The notes: generated by a model not told the origin, from the sequence alone. Shown: positions 10,203 to 21,018, counted from the first letter of the stretch. The stretch is 64,000 nucleotides of DNA from a virus (IMGVR_UViG_3300022188_000229:28896-92895); one strand, 5' to 3'. Numbers and translations are program-made.

Positions 10203-10525
10203 TGACAGAAGAAATTAAATTTATAGATATAAAAGAGTTTAGAGCGAAAGGATTTTTACAAGAGGCGAACAGATTATTTTTTCATCCATTAGGGTTAGCT
10301 TTGGCTGTTAACATTCACGAAGACGGTACAGAAACTCTTGATGGTATATGGGATTACAGAGATGACCCAGAAGGCATGTTCTTTGGTCAGGAAATGATTA
10401 GAGAAGATAGAATTAAACACGTACTAGCTTTAAAAAACTCTAAACGATTTGATAGGTTGATGGCAGCAAGAGATTATGGTTATATTGTAGATAGTGATAG
10501 TATACAAATTACTATGGATCTATAG
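10202..10525 (+). CDS. Conserved phage hypothetical protein
   Basis: LQEANRLFFHPLGLAL motif; coupled start. Confidence 0.65.
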   Translation: MTEEIKFIDIKEFRAKGFLQEANRLFFHPLGLALAVNIHEDGTETLDGIWDYRDDPEGMFFGQEMIREDRIKHVLALKNSKRFDRLMAARDYGYIVDSDSIQITMDL

Positions 10526-10551
10526 CAAGTAAATATAAAGAAGGTGAGAAG

Positions 10552-11388
10552 ATGTCTAATTATTTTGAGACACACATTCAAGAAGCGGTTAATAACGCGG
10601 ATATTCATGGTTTTTGTGCTGGTGACGTTAATCAGAGGGTATTGTTCCCGTCACACACAGGTGGGTGTGATTGGACTCTAGAGGCAGTTATAGGATGCAC
10701 TTTTAAATGTTCTTATTGTTTAGCAAAAGTATGTTCGATGGCATTTGGAGAGCTAACTGATCTATCCTACTGGAATCATATAAAAATTAAAAAAGATATA
10801 TTATTTCAATTCAATAATGAATTAAAAAAAGTTAAAACTGGCCAATTTATTTGGGTATGTGATTTAACCGATCCTTTTATGATTGGAAGACCTGATGTTA
10901 CTAGACTACATTTAGATCTTGTTAATAAAATGAATGTAGTTGGGATTTTTGCAAAGGTACTAACTAAAGGGTTTCTTCCAAAGGAGCTATTTAATTTATC
11001 AGTTAAAAATAAGATCGGCGTCTCAGCCTCAATATTAGATGATGGGTTTAGGAAGATATATGAGAAGAATACTATACCAACTTTAGTGAGATTAGATAGA
11101 CTTAAACAGTTCAGTGACGCCGGCTTTTATACCTGGGTAAGTATTGCTCCTTATCCATCCCCCGATTTATTTAAATATGAACCCATTGAGCAGTTTCTTG
11201 AAAAAATAAGTTGGACAAATCGAATAGTCTTTGATGCTTTTGGTTATTTTGGACCTATTAAAGAGGAGAATAAAGATTTTTATTTTGAAATATCAAGTAA
11301 GATTCGTAACTTCTGTAAAGCTCACGACATAGAATTTAATAATTTGTCTAAAATAAGAGAGCTAGTTAAAGAGCGTATAGGTATATAG
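10552..11388 (+). CDS. Radical SAM protein (spore photoproduct lyase-like)
   Basis: CTFKCSYC (CxxxCxxC), TDPF, LTKG. Confidence 0.8.
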   Translation: MSNYFETHIQEAVNNADIHGFCAGDVNQRVLFPSHTGGCDWTLEAVIGCTFKCSYCLAKVCSMAFGELTDLSYWNHIKIKKDILFQFNNELKKVKTGQFIWVCDLTDPFMIGRPDVTRLHLDLVNKMNVVGIFAKVLTKGFLPKELFNLSVKNKIGVSASILDDGFRKIYEKNTIPTLVRLDRLKQFSDAGFYTWVSIAPYPSPDLFKYEPIEQFLEKISWTNRIVFDAFGYFGPIKEENKDFYFEISSKIRNFCKAHDIEFNNLSKIRELVKERIGI

Positions 11389-11422
11389 CTAGTTAATAAA
11401 AGATGTATAAGGAATAAATTAA

Positions 11423-12250
11423 ATGCTAGGAACCAAGACTAAAGAACAAGTACTTAACTTGTTCCCACAACACACCATTTTAACGGCGTATAGAGGTAGT
11501 GTAGCACACGGTATGTACGTACCTGATACTGACCCTCATAGTATAGACGATATCGACCTATTTGGTATCCATATGGCTCCTATAGATTGTTACTTAGGTT
11601 TGTTACAACATAAAGACTACTATGAGCCTGTAGTAGGTAAATACAAAGAGACTATAGAGGGTTTCTTTGATGAATATGACGTGGTCAGCTACGAGTTTAA
11701 GAAAATGATGCGTTTGCTTATCAATAGTAATCCTAATGTACTTTCACTTTTAAGTCTTAGAGAGGAACACTACCTTAATATAACTGGTGCAGGAGAACTG
11801 TTACTTAAGCATAAAGAGGCATTCTTTTCTCAGAAAGCTTACTATTCTTTCGCTAGATATGCAGAGGATCAACTCAAGAAGATGACTCACTTTGCATTTG
11901 AAGGCTATATGGGAGAAAAACGTAAGACCCTTGTTAAAAAATTTGGGTATGATACTAAGAATGCAGCTCATTGTATTAGATTGCTTCGTACTTGCATTGA
12001 GTTTTTAGATACCGGAGAGTTAAATGTTTTTAGAGAGGAAGATTCCGAAGAGTTATTACAGATTAAATTGGGGCAGCGAAGTTTAGAGTCTGTAGAAGCA
12101 GAAGCAAAGGATCTCATTGTTAAAGCTACTTATGCTAAGAACCATTCAGTGTTACCTGAAGTACCTGACTATAATAAGATTAATTTAATTACTAAACAAA
12201 TAGTTTATGATTATATTATTGATGAGGCGTCGGGTGTTTATGCTTTTTAA
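11423..12250 (+). CDS. Pol-beta-type nucleotidyltransferase (YcgL/RlaP-like)
   Basis: GSVAHG, SIDDID, NPNVL, GYDTKNAAHCIRLL. Confidence 0.8.
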   Translation: MLGTKTKEQVLNLFPQHTILTAYRGSVAHGMYVPDTDPHSIDDIDLFGIHMAPIDCYLGLLQHKDYYEPVVGKYKETIEGFFDEYDVVSYEFKKMMRLLINSNPNVLSLLSLREEHYLNITGAGELLLKHKEAFFSQKAYYSFARYAEDQLKKMTHFAFEGYMGEKRKTLVKKFGYDTKNAAHCIRLLRTCIEFLDTGELNVFREEDSEELLQIKLGQRSLESVEAEAKDLIVKATYAKNHSVLPEVPDYNKINLITKQIVYDYIIDEASGVYAF

Positions 12251-12262
12251 TAAAATAATTAC

Positions 12263-12292
12263 TTGACAAACCAATAAAATGCATTATATTAT
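12263..12292 (+). promoter_or_regulatory. Sigma70-type promoter
   Basis: TTGACA at 12263 and TATTAT at 12287. Confidence 0.7.
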
Positions 12293-12322
12293 ATTTAAGT
12301 TAAATTTAAAAAGGAATCACAG

Positions 12323-13594
12323 ATGGAACGAATTATCTTAGTACAAAAGAATATACATGGAAGAGTGAAATACATCGAGCTTACCCTAGAAGAAGCTACA
12401 ATTCGTAGAGTATGGGGCCTTATAGACGGTAAGACTCAGAATACTTCTAATACTTATGACTACACAAATAAAGACAAGGCTAATGAGCTGTCCCCTAGTG
12501 AGACGGCTCAAGCCGATTTTAATAGAATCATTGAGACTAAAACTAAGGAGGGTTATCTTGATGCTGTATCACTGGATGAGCTACCTGAATTTGATAATAA
12601 CCAAATGGACTTCAACGATCTGCCTGTACAATTCTGCTGCTCTAAACCCCATACTAGTATTTCTGTATCTAAATGTAATAAACTAATTAAACAAAAACTA
12701 GCACGTTTTTTTATTAAAGAGAATGGGTTGTGTCATTTTATTCTTATAACTGGCACTGGTGAGGTTAAAATCTATACTCGACGTATAGACGATCACACTA
12801 GAAAGTATCCAGAGATTGTTAAGTACATAGAAGACTTAAAACTCCATAAGAATACTTTATTGATTACTGAGTTTGTGATTGATCCGAAGCTTAATATACC
12901 TCACATGGATGGGTTCAAATTAATTCGTAGTATATCTAAATGTGATGTTTTGGCTGGTAAAGTATTGGAAAATGTAGAAAACTCTATTGCTCGACAAGAA
13001 GAACATAGAGTAGTAGCAGTGGTATTTAATTTACTCTTTATAGATGGAGAAGATCTTACTAAGATAGAGTATGAAGAAGCTCTTGAATTATTACTTGATG
13101 AGTCTGAGTGGGATGGTCCTGTGATACTACCTAGAGAGGTAAAGTTCAAGTCCTATCAAGAAGCGTATGCTTGGGCGGATGATAATAATGAACAGTATGA
13201 GGGGTTAGTTCTCTGGAATGCGCATGAGAATGCTGAAATAACTTACAATGGTAAACCAAATAGAAGGGCTTGTTATAAAGTTAAAGCTGCGTTAGAAGAT
13301 GATGTTGTAGCTTATGCCTGGAAGGAAGGAACAGGCGCTAAACAAGGTAAGGTAGGTAGTCTTTTTATAGGTAAATATAATGTGGTAGGGGAGATAGTCC
13401 CTATGGGTAGAGTAGGCTCAGGCTTAAAAATTAAACAAGGCGAATGTGAAATAGACTATTGGAAACTGCCTTGTGTTATTGAGATTTCCTATTCACAAAG
13501 ATTTCCTACAGGGGCTTATCAGTTTCCAGCTTACAGTAAAAAACATGAAGATAAAGTTCCTTCCGACATAGTAGTTGACAAGGATGGATTTTAA
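12323..13594 (+). CDS. ATP-dependent DNA ligase with WGR-like N-terminus
   Basis: KENG motif I, YTRR, EGLVL, YKVK, OB-fold GRVGSG and QFP. Confidence 0.75.
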   Translation: MERIILVQKNIHGRVKYIELTLEEATIRRVWGLIDGKTQNTSNTYDYTNKDKANELSPSETAQADFNRIIETKTKEGYLDAVSLDELPEFDNNQMDFNDLPVQFCCSKPHTSISVSKCNKLIKQKLARFFIKENGLCHFILITGTGEVKIYTRRIDDHTRKYPEIVKYIEDLKLHKNTLLITEFVIDPKLNIPHMDGFKLIRSISKCDVLAGKVLENVENSIARQEEHRVVAVVFNLLFIDGEDLTKIEYEEALELLLDESEWDGPVILPREVKFKSYQEAYAWADDNNEQYEGLVLWNAHENAEITYNGKPNRRACYKVKAALEDDVVAYAWKEGTGAKQGKVGSLFIGKYNVVGEIVPMGRVGSGLKIKQGECEIDYWKLPCVIEISYSQRFPTGAYQFPAYSKKHEDKVPSDIVVDKDGF

Positions 13595-13595
13595 T

Positions 13596-13859
13596 ATGAT
13601 AACAATAAATAATATAGAACGCACTACGTTAAAATATAACTGTGAGTGTGGCGTGTCCGGCCAGTGTATGTTCAAAGCTCCTAATGGGGATGTAGCATTA
13701 ATTATGGACCTACAGTGCCCCATGTGTAAAAATTTGGAACGTGTGAAGATCTTTAGATATACATCAGAAGAGAAAAGAGAACAGCTATTGGGAGATGATG
13801 TAGATTTACATTGGGCAATAGTAGTAGATAATATAATTGAGGAGCCACAGGATGAATAA
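13596..13859 (+). CDS. Hypothetical Zn-binding protein
   Basis: CECG and CPMC motifs. Confidence 0.55.
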   Translation: MITINNIERTTLKYNCECGVSGQCMFKAPNGDVALIMDLQCPMCKNLERVKIFRYTSEEKREQLLGDDVDLHWAIVVDNIIEEPQDE

Positions 13860-14802
13860 AAATTTTACAGACGATCCTTTATTTAAATCTATACATGCTA
13901 CAGATAATTCTTTAGATTTTAATGAAGAGAGGTTCACAAATTTTACTGTAGAAGATGTATATGATATTTTAAATTTAATCAAAGCCAGTTTAATTTCTAA
14001 TATGTCTTTTACCAAATGTTTTCAGCATATATGCAGTGAAAAGTTAAAAGACAATGGTAAAGAAGATTTAAAATTACTTACTTTTCAGATAGCTTTCAAA
14101 CATCTAGTAGCTTTAAATGATTCAGATATTTTATTTCTAAGTGGCAAGAGGGATTTCGTTGCAGAGGTAGCAGCCCGGCAGTATGGGATGTCCGTACTGG
14201 ATATTACGGAAGAAAATAAACAACAACTTTTTAGAGACTCAGATAGTGTCTACTCTATAACAGACCCCCCTGTACCTAGTTGGGATGAGTATTTCTTTAA
14301 TGTATGTAGACAGGCTGCACGGCATTCTAAATGTTTGTCTAGAAGAATTGGAGCAGTGCTAGTTAAAGATAAAAGTATTATTAGTACTGGATATAATGGA
14401 CCTCCGAGAGGGGTGCCTAGTTGTGATCGCAGATGGGAAATAGATTCTCACTTTGTAGCTAGGTATGAGAGTAAGATAGTTGTACCTATTAATCACAATA
14501 AGCCTGTGTGTCCGAGACATACTTTGGGTGCGCAATCCGGTGAGATGCTGGATATTTGTATAGCAGGTCACGCGGAAGAGAATGCTATTTTGAATGCCGC
14601 CCGTATGGGCGTATGCACTAAAGGAGCTACTTTATTTATGACATGCTCTGTGCCTTGCTTTAGATGCGTAATTAAAATTATTAACGCAGGGATATCAGAA
14701 ATAGTAGTTACTGGTATTTCTTTTTATGATGATAATGCGGAGTTCCTCCTAAATAATAGTGATGTTAAGGTTCGTTTTTATGATTTTGAGAAAAAAACAT
14801 AA
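13852..14802 (+). CDS. dCMP deaminase with N-terminal extension
   Basis: PSWDEYF, STGYNG, HAEENA, PCFRC. Confidence 0.92.
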   Translation: MNKNFTDDPLFKSIHATDNSLDFNEERFTNFTVEDVYDILNLIKASLISNMSFTKCFQHICSEKLKDNGKEDLKLLTFQIAFKHLVALNDSDILFLSGKRDFVAEVAARQYGMSVLDITEENKQQLFRDSDSVYSITDPPVPSWDEYFFNVCRQAARHSKCLSRRIGAVLVKDKSIISTGYNGPPRGVPSCDRRWEIDSHFVARYESKIVVPINHNKPVCPRHTLGAQSGEMLDICIAGHAEENAILNAARMGVCTKGATLFMTCSVPCFRCVIKIINAGISEIVVTGISFYDDNAEFLLNNSDVKVRFYDFEKKT

Positions 14803-14878
14803 CAATTTTTTTGATTTCTGTACTATACTATATATAGAGGGCAGAAAAGCCTAACAAAATTAAAAAGGAGAACTAAAT

Positions 14879-15388
14879 ATGTCAGAATACAATTTTTATC
14901 AAATTGACCACACCGGAGTAAACGAGCCGGATAGAGACGCAGATGCAAGAACAGATGGAGCTACTCCCATCAGACGAGCACTTGATGCTAAAATTTCAAA
15001 TTTCGGTGCAAAGAACATAGGCGCAAGAATGAGTTCCGATTATACTAGAACTGATCTAATCTTCGAGTCTAAAGATAATCTGCTCGACCATAACGTACTT
15101 ATTGAGGATACAGGAATGGGAAGTAATGTTGCTGGTAGGGGCATTAGTGTAGTACATAATCCATATCTAGAGGGTTCCTCTGTTAAGAGAGTTAGAGATG
15201 AACAAGCATTTAGAATGGGTATGTCAGATAATAGAGGATCAAGCGTAGACGCACCTGGCTTTGACGTATCTGATACTGATGTAGTTATAGAGGGTATGGT
15301 CGCTGGAAAGAATTGGCCTACTGAAGGTTGGCGTACTTACGGTGGTAAATATGATTTCACACCTTATACTGGTGGCGGAATCCATTAA
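14879..15388 (+). CDS. Hypothetical protein
   Basis: Strong RBS AAGGAG. Confidence 0.65.
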   Translation: MSEYNFYQIDHTGVNEPDRDADARTDGATPIRRALDAKISNFGAKNIGARMSSDYTRTDLIFESKDNLLDHNVLIEDTGMGSNVAGRGISVVHNPYLEGSSVKRVRDEQAFRMGMSDNRGSSVDAPGFDVSDTDVVIEGMVAGKNWPTEGWRTYGGKYDFTPYTGGGIH

Positions 15389-15408
15389 TAACAAAAGAGC
15401 CTAATTAA

Positions 15409-15621
15409 ATGAAAGAGAATTTCTGTGAATGTGACAAATGGAATTTTTATATAACTCATTACCATGAAACTTTTTATTGGCATCCTAAAGCAAAAAATTG
15501 GTATGTTCAATGGGTGAGCCTCTCAGAACAAGGGGGGTACACCCAGGTTTCAAGGTATGCAATTCCAATGTCCTTCTGCCCATTATGTGGTGGTAAATTA
15601 AATGACCCTGAGGAAGGCTAG
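15409..15621 (+). CDS. Small Cys-containing hypothetical protein
   Basis: FCPLCG motif. Confidence 0.55.
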   Translation: MKENFCECDKWNFYITHYHETFYWHPKAKNWYVQWVSLSEQGGYTQVSRYAIPMSFCPLCGGKLNDPEEG

Positions 15622-15627
15622 CCTTTT

Positions 15628-16167
15628 ATGACTAATGATGATAATACAGACACAGGTCCAGTTGTAAAACTGCATCTACAAGAGTCAAAAAATATGCAGA
15701 AGGAGTGGTTTACTTACGCCTTAGATGCTATTCAAAGGCTCTCTGATAAGATTGAAATAACTGTATTATCCATACAGAAAGAACGCGAAGAGTCCTTGTT
15801 ACGTATGGTAGAACTTCGTGAGCAATTGTTGGAACAACTAACGATTAATGACAAAAGTAATACTAAAGAATGGGTAAGAGTGAGTGTTAAGTTAGACGAT
15901 ACCTTAAAAGAATTAACAGCAAAACTTTCTAAATCTGAAAGTGAAACTAAATTACTCTTAAAAGAATTTACTAAAGACTACGGCGATAAAATGAAAGAAG
16001 TAACCGATGCCATTCAAATAACTAAAGATACTCAATTAGTGGTTGGTACAAAAGTTAGAACTTATATAGCAATGACAGGAATAATTGTCACAGCAGTTAT
16101 TACTACGCTTGCAGGGGGAGCCCTTGTATTATTTAAAGATGCCATTAAAGCCTGGATAGGGAGTTAA
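15628..16167 (+). CDS. Coiled-coil protein with C-terminal transmembrane helix
   Basis: Heptad-rich, with hydrophobic C-terminus IAMTGIIVTAVITTLAGGALVLF. Confidence 0.6.
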   Translation: MTNDDNTDTGPVVKLHLQESKNMQKEWFTYALDAIQRLSDKIEITVLSIQKEREESLLRMVELREQLLEQLTINDKSNTKEWVRVSVKLDDTLKELTAKLSKSESETKLLLKEFTKDYGDKMKEVTDAIQITKDTQLVVGTKVRTYIAMTGIIVTAVITTLAGGALVLFKDAIKAWIGS

Positions 16168-16169
16168 AT

Positions 16170-18314
16170 ATGGTCCACGATCTAGAAAAACTAAGAAAAC
16201 TGACAGAAACTTTAACAAGTAATGGTTATTTAACTGATCAAGCCGCTTCCTGGGAATATGCGTTTGACTCAGTAAAAGCTTTTGTTTGTATAACTAATAC
16301 TGCTTTTAAATTGAAGTATGTAAATAAACCTCTCCGTAATATATTAAAAATCCAATCAGAAGAATTTATAAACCAAGAACTGTATAGTATTTTAGGTGAT
16401 AAAGACCTACAAAGAGAGCTAGACAGTAAGCAGGGAGTAATAGCCTTAGAAGGAGGCTCAATAACTTATCAAGAGCTTTTTATAAAGTCTTTTAATGGGT
16501 GGTATGAGTCCCATAGAAACAATATAGTGACTAGTAAAGGTGAACTCATAGGATATATTTATATTTTTACTGATGTTACACAAAAACGATTAGCTCTTGA
16601 GGCTTTAAAGAAGAGTGAGAAAAACTATAGACTTCTATTTGAGTCTATGCTGGATGGTTTTGCTCTCCATAAGATGTTATTTAATGAAGAAGGTGAGCCT
16701 TATGATTATGAATTCATAAATGTAAACCCGGCTTTTGAAAAGATAACCGGCTTAACTGCAAAACAATTAGTAAGCTATACAGCCTTAGATGTTTTACCTA
16801 AACTTGAGCAGCATTGGTTTGATGTTTATATTAAGGTGGTTCAGACAGGGAAATCCTATAGATTTAGTAACTACTCTCCTGAACTATGTAAGTATTATGA
16901 TGTAGTAGTATTTAGACCCATGCCTGGTTATTTTGCCTGTATTATATCCGATATAACTGATAGGACTTTAGCCGAAGAAAACCTTCAAATTTCTGAGAAA
17001 CGTTTCCGTGAAATTATTGAGAAGGTAGAAGGTATAGCAATAAGAGGGTATGATGAGCACTTTAATGTGATTTTTTGGAACAAAGCTTGTGAAACTCTTT
17101 ATGGTTATACTAGGCAGGAAGCTGAAGGAGAGAATATAGAAGACCTCACTTTTTTAAAAGGATTAAAGGTACCAGTTGAAGAGTTTCTTGAAGATTGGTT
17201 TGATGATACTACCCCTCCCCCAGCACAAGAATTAATCCTTAAGGATAAATTTGGAACAGATGTTCATGTGTTTTCTTCCAGCGTACTACATCAAACTGCT
17301 ATTGGTAAGGAGATGTTTTGTATTGATGTTGATTTGAATCCTATTAAAGATGCACAGAAGGCTTTACATGATACTAATATATTATTAAATGGCATATTAA
17401 ATGCTATTCCTGATGCAATAGTTGTTCAAGATGCTGATCATAATGTAGTTAAGTGTAATAAAGCCGGCAAAAACTTCTTTAATGTAACCTCTAAGCAGGT
17501 AGAAGGAGTAAAATGCTTTCATTTACTAGGTCGTGATGATAACTGTGATGAGTGCCAGACAAAGATAGCAAGAGCAACTAAGAAACCAGCTAAATTGGAA
17601 CGTTTTATAGAGGAGCTACAAAGTTGGTTTGATTGCAGATCTTATCCTCTTTTGGATGAAGAGGGTAATGTTACTAAAATAATAGAGCATCTAAGAGACA
17701 TTTCTGACTGGAAAAAAGAACAAGAGATGTATAAGGATGCGCATTTAAAGGTAGAACAATCTCTTAGAAGATTGAGGTTTATAGTGCAGGCGGTAGATGG
17801 ATTTTTATGGGAAAAAACCTTTAATATAGACTCTAAAGATTGGGAACATACTTATATTGATCCTTCGTTCTGCCGTGAATTTTACGGACTAGGAGGCAAC
17901 GATGAAGAAATATGTGAGCAAGCGTACGGGAAGTCAACAGAACAGTTACTACAGCTTTGTGATGATCCAGACCCTATCAATTCTTTTGCAGTTGTATGTG
18001 CTGCCACTGACAATCATTGTATTGAGCAAGGAACATCTTGTGAATACTTTGAGATGGGGTATTTAAATAATATATGGACTATATTAAAAGTAAGAAAAAC
18101 TCCTTTATATGATGACGACAATAAATGTATAGCTATCCTAGGTTTTGCTAGAGATTGTTCATGTGATTCACACTCTGTGAGAGAACTTATAGAGAATGGT
18201 ATAGATTCAGAAAGAATTGAAAAACTTAAGACAGATAGTAATAGAATTAAATTATATTGGGTAGTAAAAAGAAAGAATGAGATAAAAGATTTAACTCATT
18301 TAGACTTTCCTTAG
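16170..18314 (+). CDS. Multi-PAS sensor protein with no recognisable output domain
   Basis: Repeated PAS S-boxes ending DVT/DIT/DIS, SEKNYRLLFE and SEKRFREIIE linkers; no HisKA, HATPase or GGDEF motif. Confidence 0.85.
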   Translation: MVHDLEKLRKLTETLTSNGYLTDQAASWEYAFDSVKAFVCITNTAFKLKYVNKPLRNILKIQSEEFINQELYSILGDKDLQRELDSKQGVIALEGGSITYQELFIKSFNGWYESHRNNIVTSKGELIGYIYIFTDVTQKRLALEALKKSEKNYRLLFESMLDGFALHKMLFNEEGEPYDYEFINVNPAFEKITGLTAKQLVSYTALDVLPKLEQHWFDVYIKVVQTGKSYRFSNYSPELCKYYDVVVFRPMPGYFACIISDITDRTLAEENLQISEKRFREIIEKVEGIAIRGYDEHFNVIFWNKACETLYGYTRQEAEGENIEDLTFLKGLKVPVEEFLEDWFDDTTPPPAQELILKDKFGTDVHVFSSSVLHQTAIGKEMFCIDVDLNPIKDAQKALHDTNILLNGILNAIPDAIVVQDADHNVVKCNKAGKNFFNVTSKQVEGVKCFHLLGRDDNCDECQTKIARATKKPAKLERFIEELQSWFDCRSYPLLDEEGNVTKIIEHLRDISDWKKEQEMYKDAHLKVEQSLRRLRFIVQAVDGFLWEKTFNIDSKDWEHTYIDPSFCREFYGLGGNDEEICEQAYGKSTEQLLQLCDDPDPINSFAVVCAATDNHCIEQGTSCEYFEMGYLNNIWTILKVRKTPLYDDDNKCIAILGFARDCSCDSHSVRELIENGIDSERIEKLKTDSNRIKLYWVVKRKNEIKDLTHLDFP

Positions 18315-18373
18315 TCAATGAGTTAATTTTTAATAAGGAATTATGGGGCTCCCGTAAAAAGGAGAAAGAAACT

Positions 18374-18874
18374 ATGAAAAGAAATATGAAAGATTTAGTT
18401 AAGAGACGCAGCTCCCTAGGGAGTGTGTTTGCTGCTAATCGTTTCGACGATCTTTTTAGTGAGGTATATGCACTAATGGATCATGCTTGGAACGATTGGG
18501 ATCTAAGCGCTAGTGCATTTCACGCCCTCCAACCTAAAGCAAACTTTCCAAAAATTAACGTGGCAGAAACTAGTTCTGCGTATGAAGTGGAAATTGCAAT
18601 TTCAGGGTTCGATAAGGACAACCTGGAGCTGGAATTTAGGGACTCGTGTTTGTTTATTAAGGCTGATAAAGCTAATGAGCAAGAAGATGAAGATAAGAAG
18701 TGGCTAAGGAAGGAAATTTCTAGCAGATCGTTTAGACGAGCTCTGCAGTTTCCATTAAAGGTTGATAGTTCTTCAATCAGTAGCACATATGATGCAGCTA
18801 AAGGCATCGTTACTTGTGTACTGCCTAAGCAATTAAAAAAAGAACCAAACGTAGTAAAAATAAAAATAAAATAA
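18374..18874 (+). CDS. Small heat-shock protein (Hsp20)
   Basis: PKINVAET, ISGFDK, SRSFRR, GIVTCVLPK. Confidence 0.9.
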   Translation: MKRNMKDLVKRRSSLGSVFAANRFDDLFSEVYALMDHAWNDWDLSASAFHALQPKANFPKINVAETSSAYEVEIAISGFDKDNLELEFRDSCLFIKADKANEQEDEDKKWLRKEISSRSFRRALQFPLKVDSSSISSTYDAAKGIVTCVLPKQLKKEPNVVKIKIK

Positions 18875-18917
18875 AATAAATTGGGAGCCCCATAATCCCA
18901 ACACTAAAGGAGAAAGC

Positions 18918-19145
18918 ATGGCAAGAAATTTTTATGATTGTGCCAAAAATGGCGGTAAGGTGATTAATAAAAAAACAAAGGATGGTAGGATGATTAAAGT
19001 TTGTTATGATAGAGAAGGTAACTCTCATATTAAGCAAAACAATAGGAAGAAAAGAAAGAAAAATAACGCAGTTAGACATAAGGTTAAAGCTTCTGTATCT
19101 AGTTTACAGACATTGGCAGACCATTTTAATAGTAAGAGGCATTAA
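18918..19145 (+). CDS. Small basic hypothetical protein
   Basis: RBS AAGGAG; Lys/Arg-rich. Confidence 0.6.
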   Translation: MARNFYDCAKNGGKVINKKTKDGRMIKVCYDREGNSHIKQNNRKKRKKNNAVRHKVKASVSSLQTLADHFNSKRH

Positions 19146-19162
19146 TAAAAGGAACAAGACAT

Positions 19163-19636
19163 ATGATTAGATTTGAAGACGGTGATGATAGTTTGGTAGA
19201 GGTATTTTTGGAAGTAATGGAGGATAGATTCCCACATTTTCAGTTCCTTAAATTTAAATTAGTATATGATTTGAAGAAGAGGACCAAGAATGGGCAGATT
19301 ACTTTGGCTAGTATTGAGTTAGCCTCACCAAAAATTAAATACTTTTCACAGGATGAAAAAGCGGCAGAAGGGTATGATTATATTCTATTTGTAGATAAAA
19401 AAGCGTGGGATTTAGCCGGTGATAAAGATAAGAGAAGATTAATCTCTCATGAGATGCGACATGTTTTTGTTGATGAAAAAGATAAAGCAAAACTAGTAGG
19501 GCATGAGATAGAAGATTTCTATCAGGAGATAGAATTAAATAAAGACGATCCAGAATGGGGCCGTAAACTTGTCAGACTAATGACTGATGTTTATGATCAG
19601 GAAAAGGAAATGTCTAAACCAAATAAAGGATATTAA
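19163..19636 (+). CDS. Putative phage metallopeptidase
   Basis: HEMRH (HExxH) followed by GHEIEDF. Confidence 0.75.
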   Translation: MIRFEDGDDSLVEVFLEVMEDRFPHFQFLKFKLVYDLKKRTKNGQITLASIELASPKIKYFSQDEKAAEGYDYILFVDKKAWDLAGDKDKRRLISHEMRHVFVDEKDKAKLVGHEIEDFYQEIELNKDDPEWGRKLVRLMTDVYDQEKEMSKPNKGY

Positions 19637-19648
19637 GGAGTAAGACCT

Positions 19649-19897
19649 ATGGAAGATAAGAAAGAATTAACCCCTGAAGAGTGGGAAGTTGAAGTAAAAG
19701 CTAGACTTAATGAGTTTATAGATAATTTCCTTAGTGTATCTAAGGAATGTAATATGGCAACCAAGTATTTTCATCCTGAACAGGAGGTTTTTGAAACTCA
19801 TATTGAGTATGACAAGTCAAAAACTAACGGGGCAGAGCTTAGGGTAGTTTTTAATTTTGTTGAAGATTTTGATCTATCTTCAATGAGTTTTACCTAA
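19649..19897 (+). CDS. Hypothetical protein
   Basis: RBS AAGGAG. Confidence 0.6.
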   Translation: MEDKKELTPEEWEVEVKARLNEFIDNFLSVSKECNMATKYFHPEQEVFETHIEYDKSKTNGAELRVVFNFVEDFDLSSMSFT

Positions 19898-19929
19898 TTA
19901 TTTAACCTCGTATATAGTAGGAGTAGCAT

Positions 19930-20484
19930 ATGAAAAAGGGAACCATTTATTTTAGAGATGGGGATTTAATTGCGAAAAGTGGCGAGACACGGGTGTATAC
20001 AATGAATGATGAACTCTTCATGGAGTCACAAAGAGGTAATTTAATATCAGCAGAGCAAGATCTTAGTGATTATATTTGGCAAATAAATAATAAGCCCTTT
20101 GGTAATTGTTTAGTTGTAGGTTTAGGACTAGGAGTTGCTGCTAGATATATTCTCTCTTTAAATAGAGTGAATAAAGTAACTGTTGTAGAAGAAGATAGGA
20201 GTGTTATTAGAGCACAAGTAGATGCAGTTCCTATTAGTGATGATAGACTAACTATAATAAACAAAGAGTTCTTGTCTTTTCTTTATAGAACTAGAGAGAA
20301 GTTTGATTTTATCTTTATTGATTGTTATAATAAAATTGATGAAGACACCTTCCCAATAGTTGCCGATATTGCTGCAGCCAGTAAATCAGCCCTAGCGAAG
20401 GATGGAATTCTTATAGGATGGTTAGATAATAGTACCCCTGAGATATTTATTGATGCATTTTATGGGTTATTTACACTTCATTAG
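19930..20484 (+). CDS. Spermidine-synthase-like class I SAM-dependent transferase
   Basis: LVVGLGLG, VTVVE, FDFIFID. Confidence 0.75.
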   Translation: MKKGTIYFRDGDLIAKSGETRVYTMNDELFMESQRGNLISAEQDLSDYIWQINNKPFGNCLVVGLGLGVAARYILSLNRVNKVTVVEEDRSVIRAQVDAVPISDDRLTIINKEFLSFLYRTREKFDFIFIDCYNKIDEDTFPIVADIAAASKSALAKDGILIGWLDNSTPEIFIDAFYGLFTLH

Positions 20485-20496
20485 GAGGTCCCCAAC

Positions 20497-20880
20497 ATGG
20501 ACACTTATGATATATTAATTGTAGACGATGATCCAGAAGTCGCTGCACTTTATGAGGCTTTTATGGAATTAATGCCTTATTCTTTTAAAGTGGTTACTTC
20601 AGGAGAGGATGCATTAGAGTTACTTAAAAGTATTAAATTTACTGTGTTTATATTAGATATAGATTTAGGGTACAACGTCATGACAGGGGTTGACCTCAGC
20701 ATTAAGATTAAAGACATGCAACAAGATGCTAAAGTGTATGCATTAACTGGCCACGCTGTAATCTTTGATGGGTTTGATCCATCAATAGCGGGCTTTGATG
20801 AAGTTTTTAGTAAACCATTAGGCTATAAAAGTTTAATCATTTTACTAAAAGATATACTAGGCGATAGAATTAATAAATAG
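20497..20880 (+). CDS. Stand-alone response regulator receiver (CheY-like)
   Basis: ILIVDDD, phospho-acceptor ILDI, ALTG, SKP. Confidence 0.9.
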   Translation: MDTYDILIVDDDPEVAALYEAFMELMPYSFKVVTSGEDALELLKSIKFTVFILDIDLGYNVMTGVDLSIKIKDMQQDAKVYALTGHAVIFDGFDPSIAGFDEVFSKPLGYKSLIILLKDILGDRINK

Positions 20881-21018
20881 TTTTATTGGGAGTTGATTCA
20901 TATTAAGGTGTAGGTGTGCCACCACTCACTGAACCGGTATTAAATTAATTCCCTATCCCCGTAACCATTAGGTTATGATAATCAAGTTTAACAAAAATTA
21001 AAAGGAGGAAATTTGACT

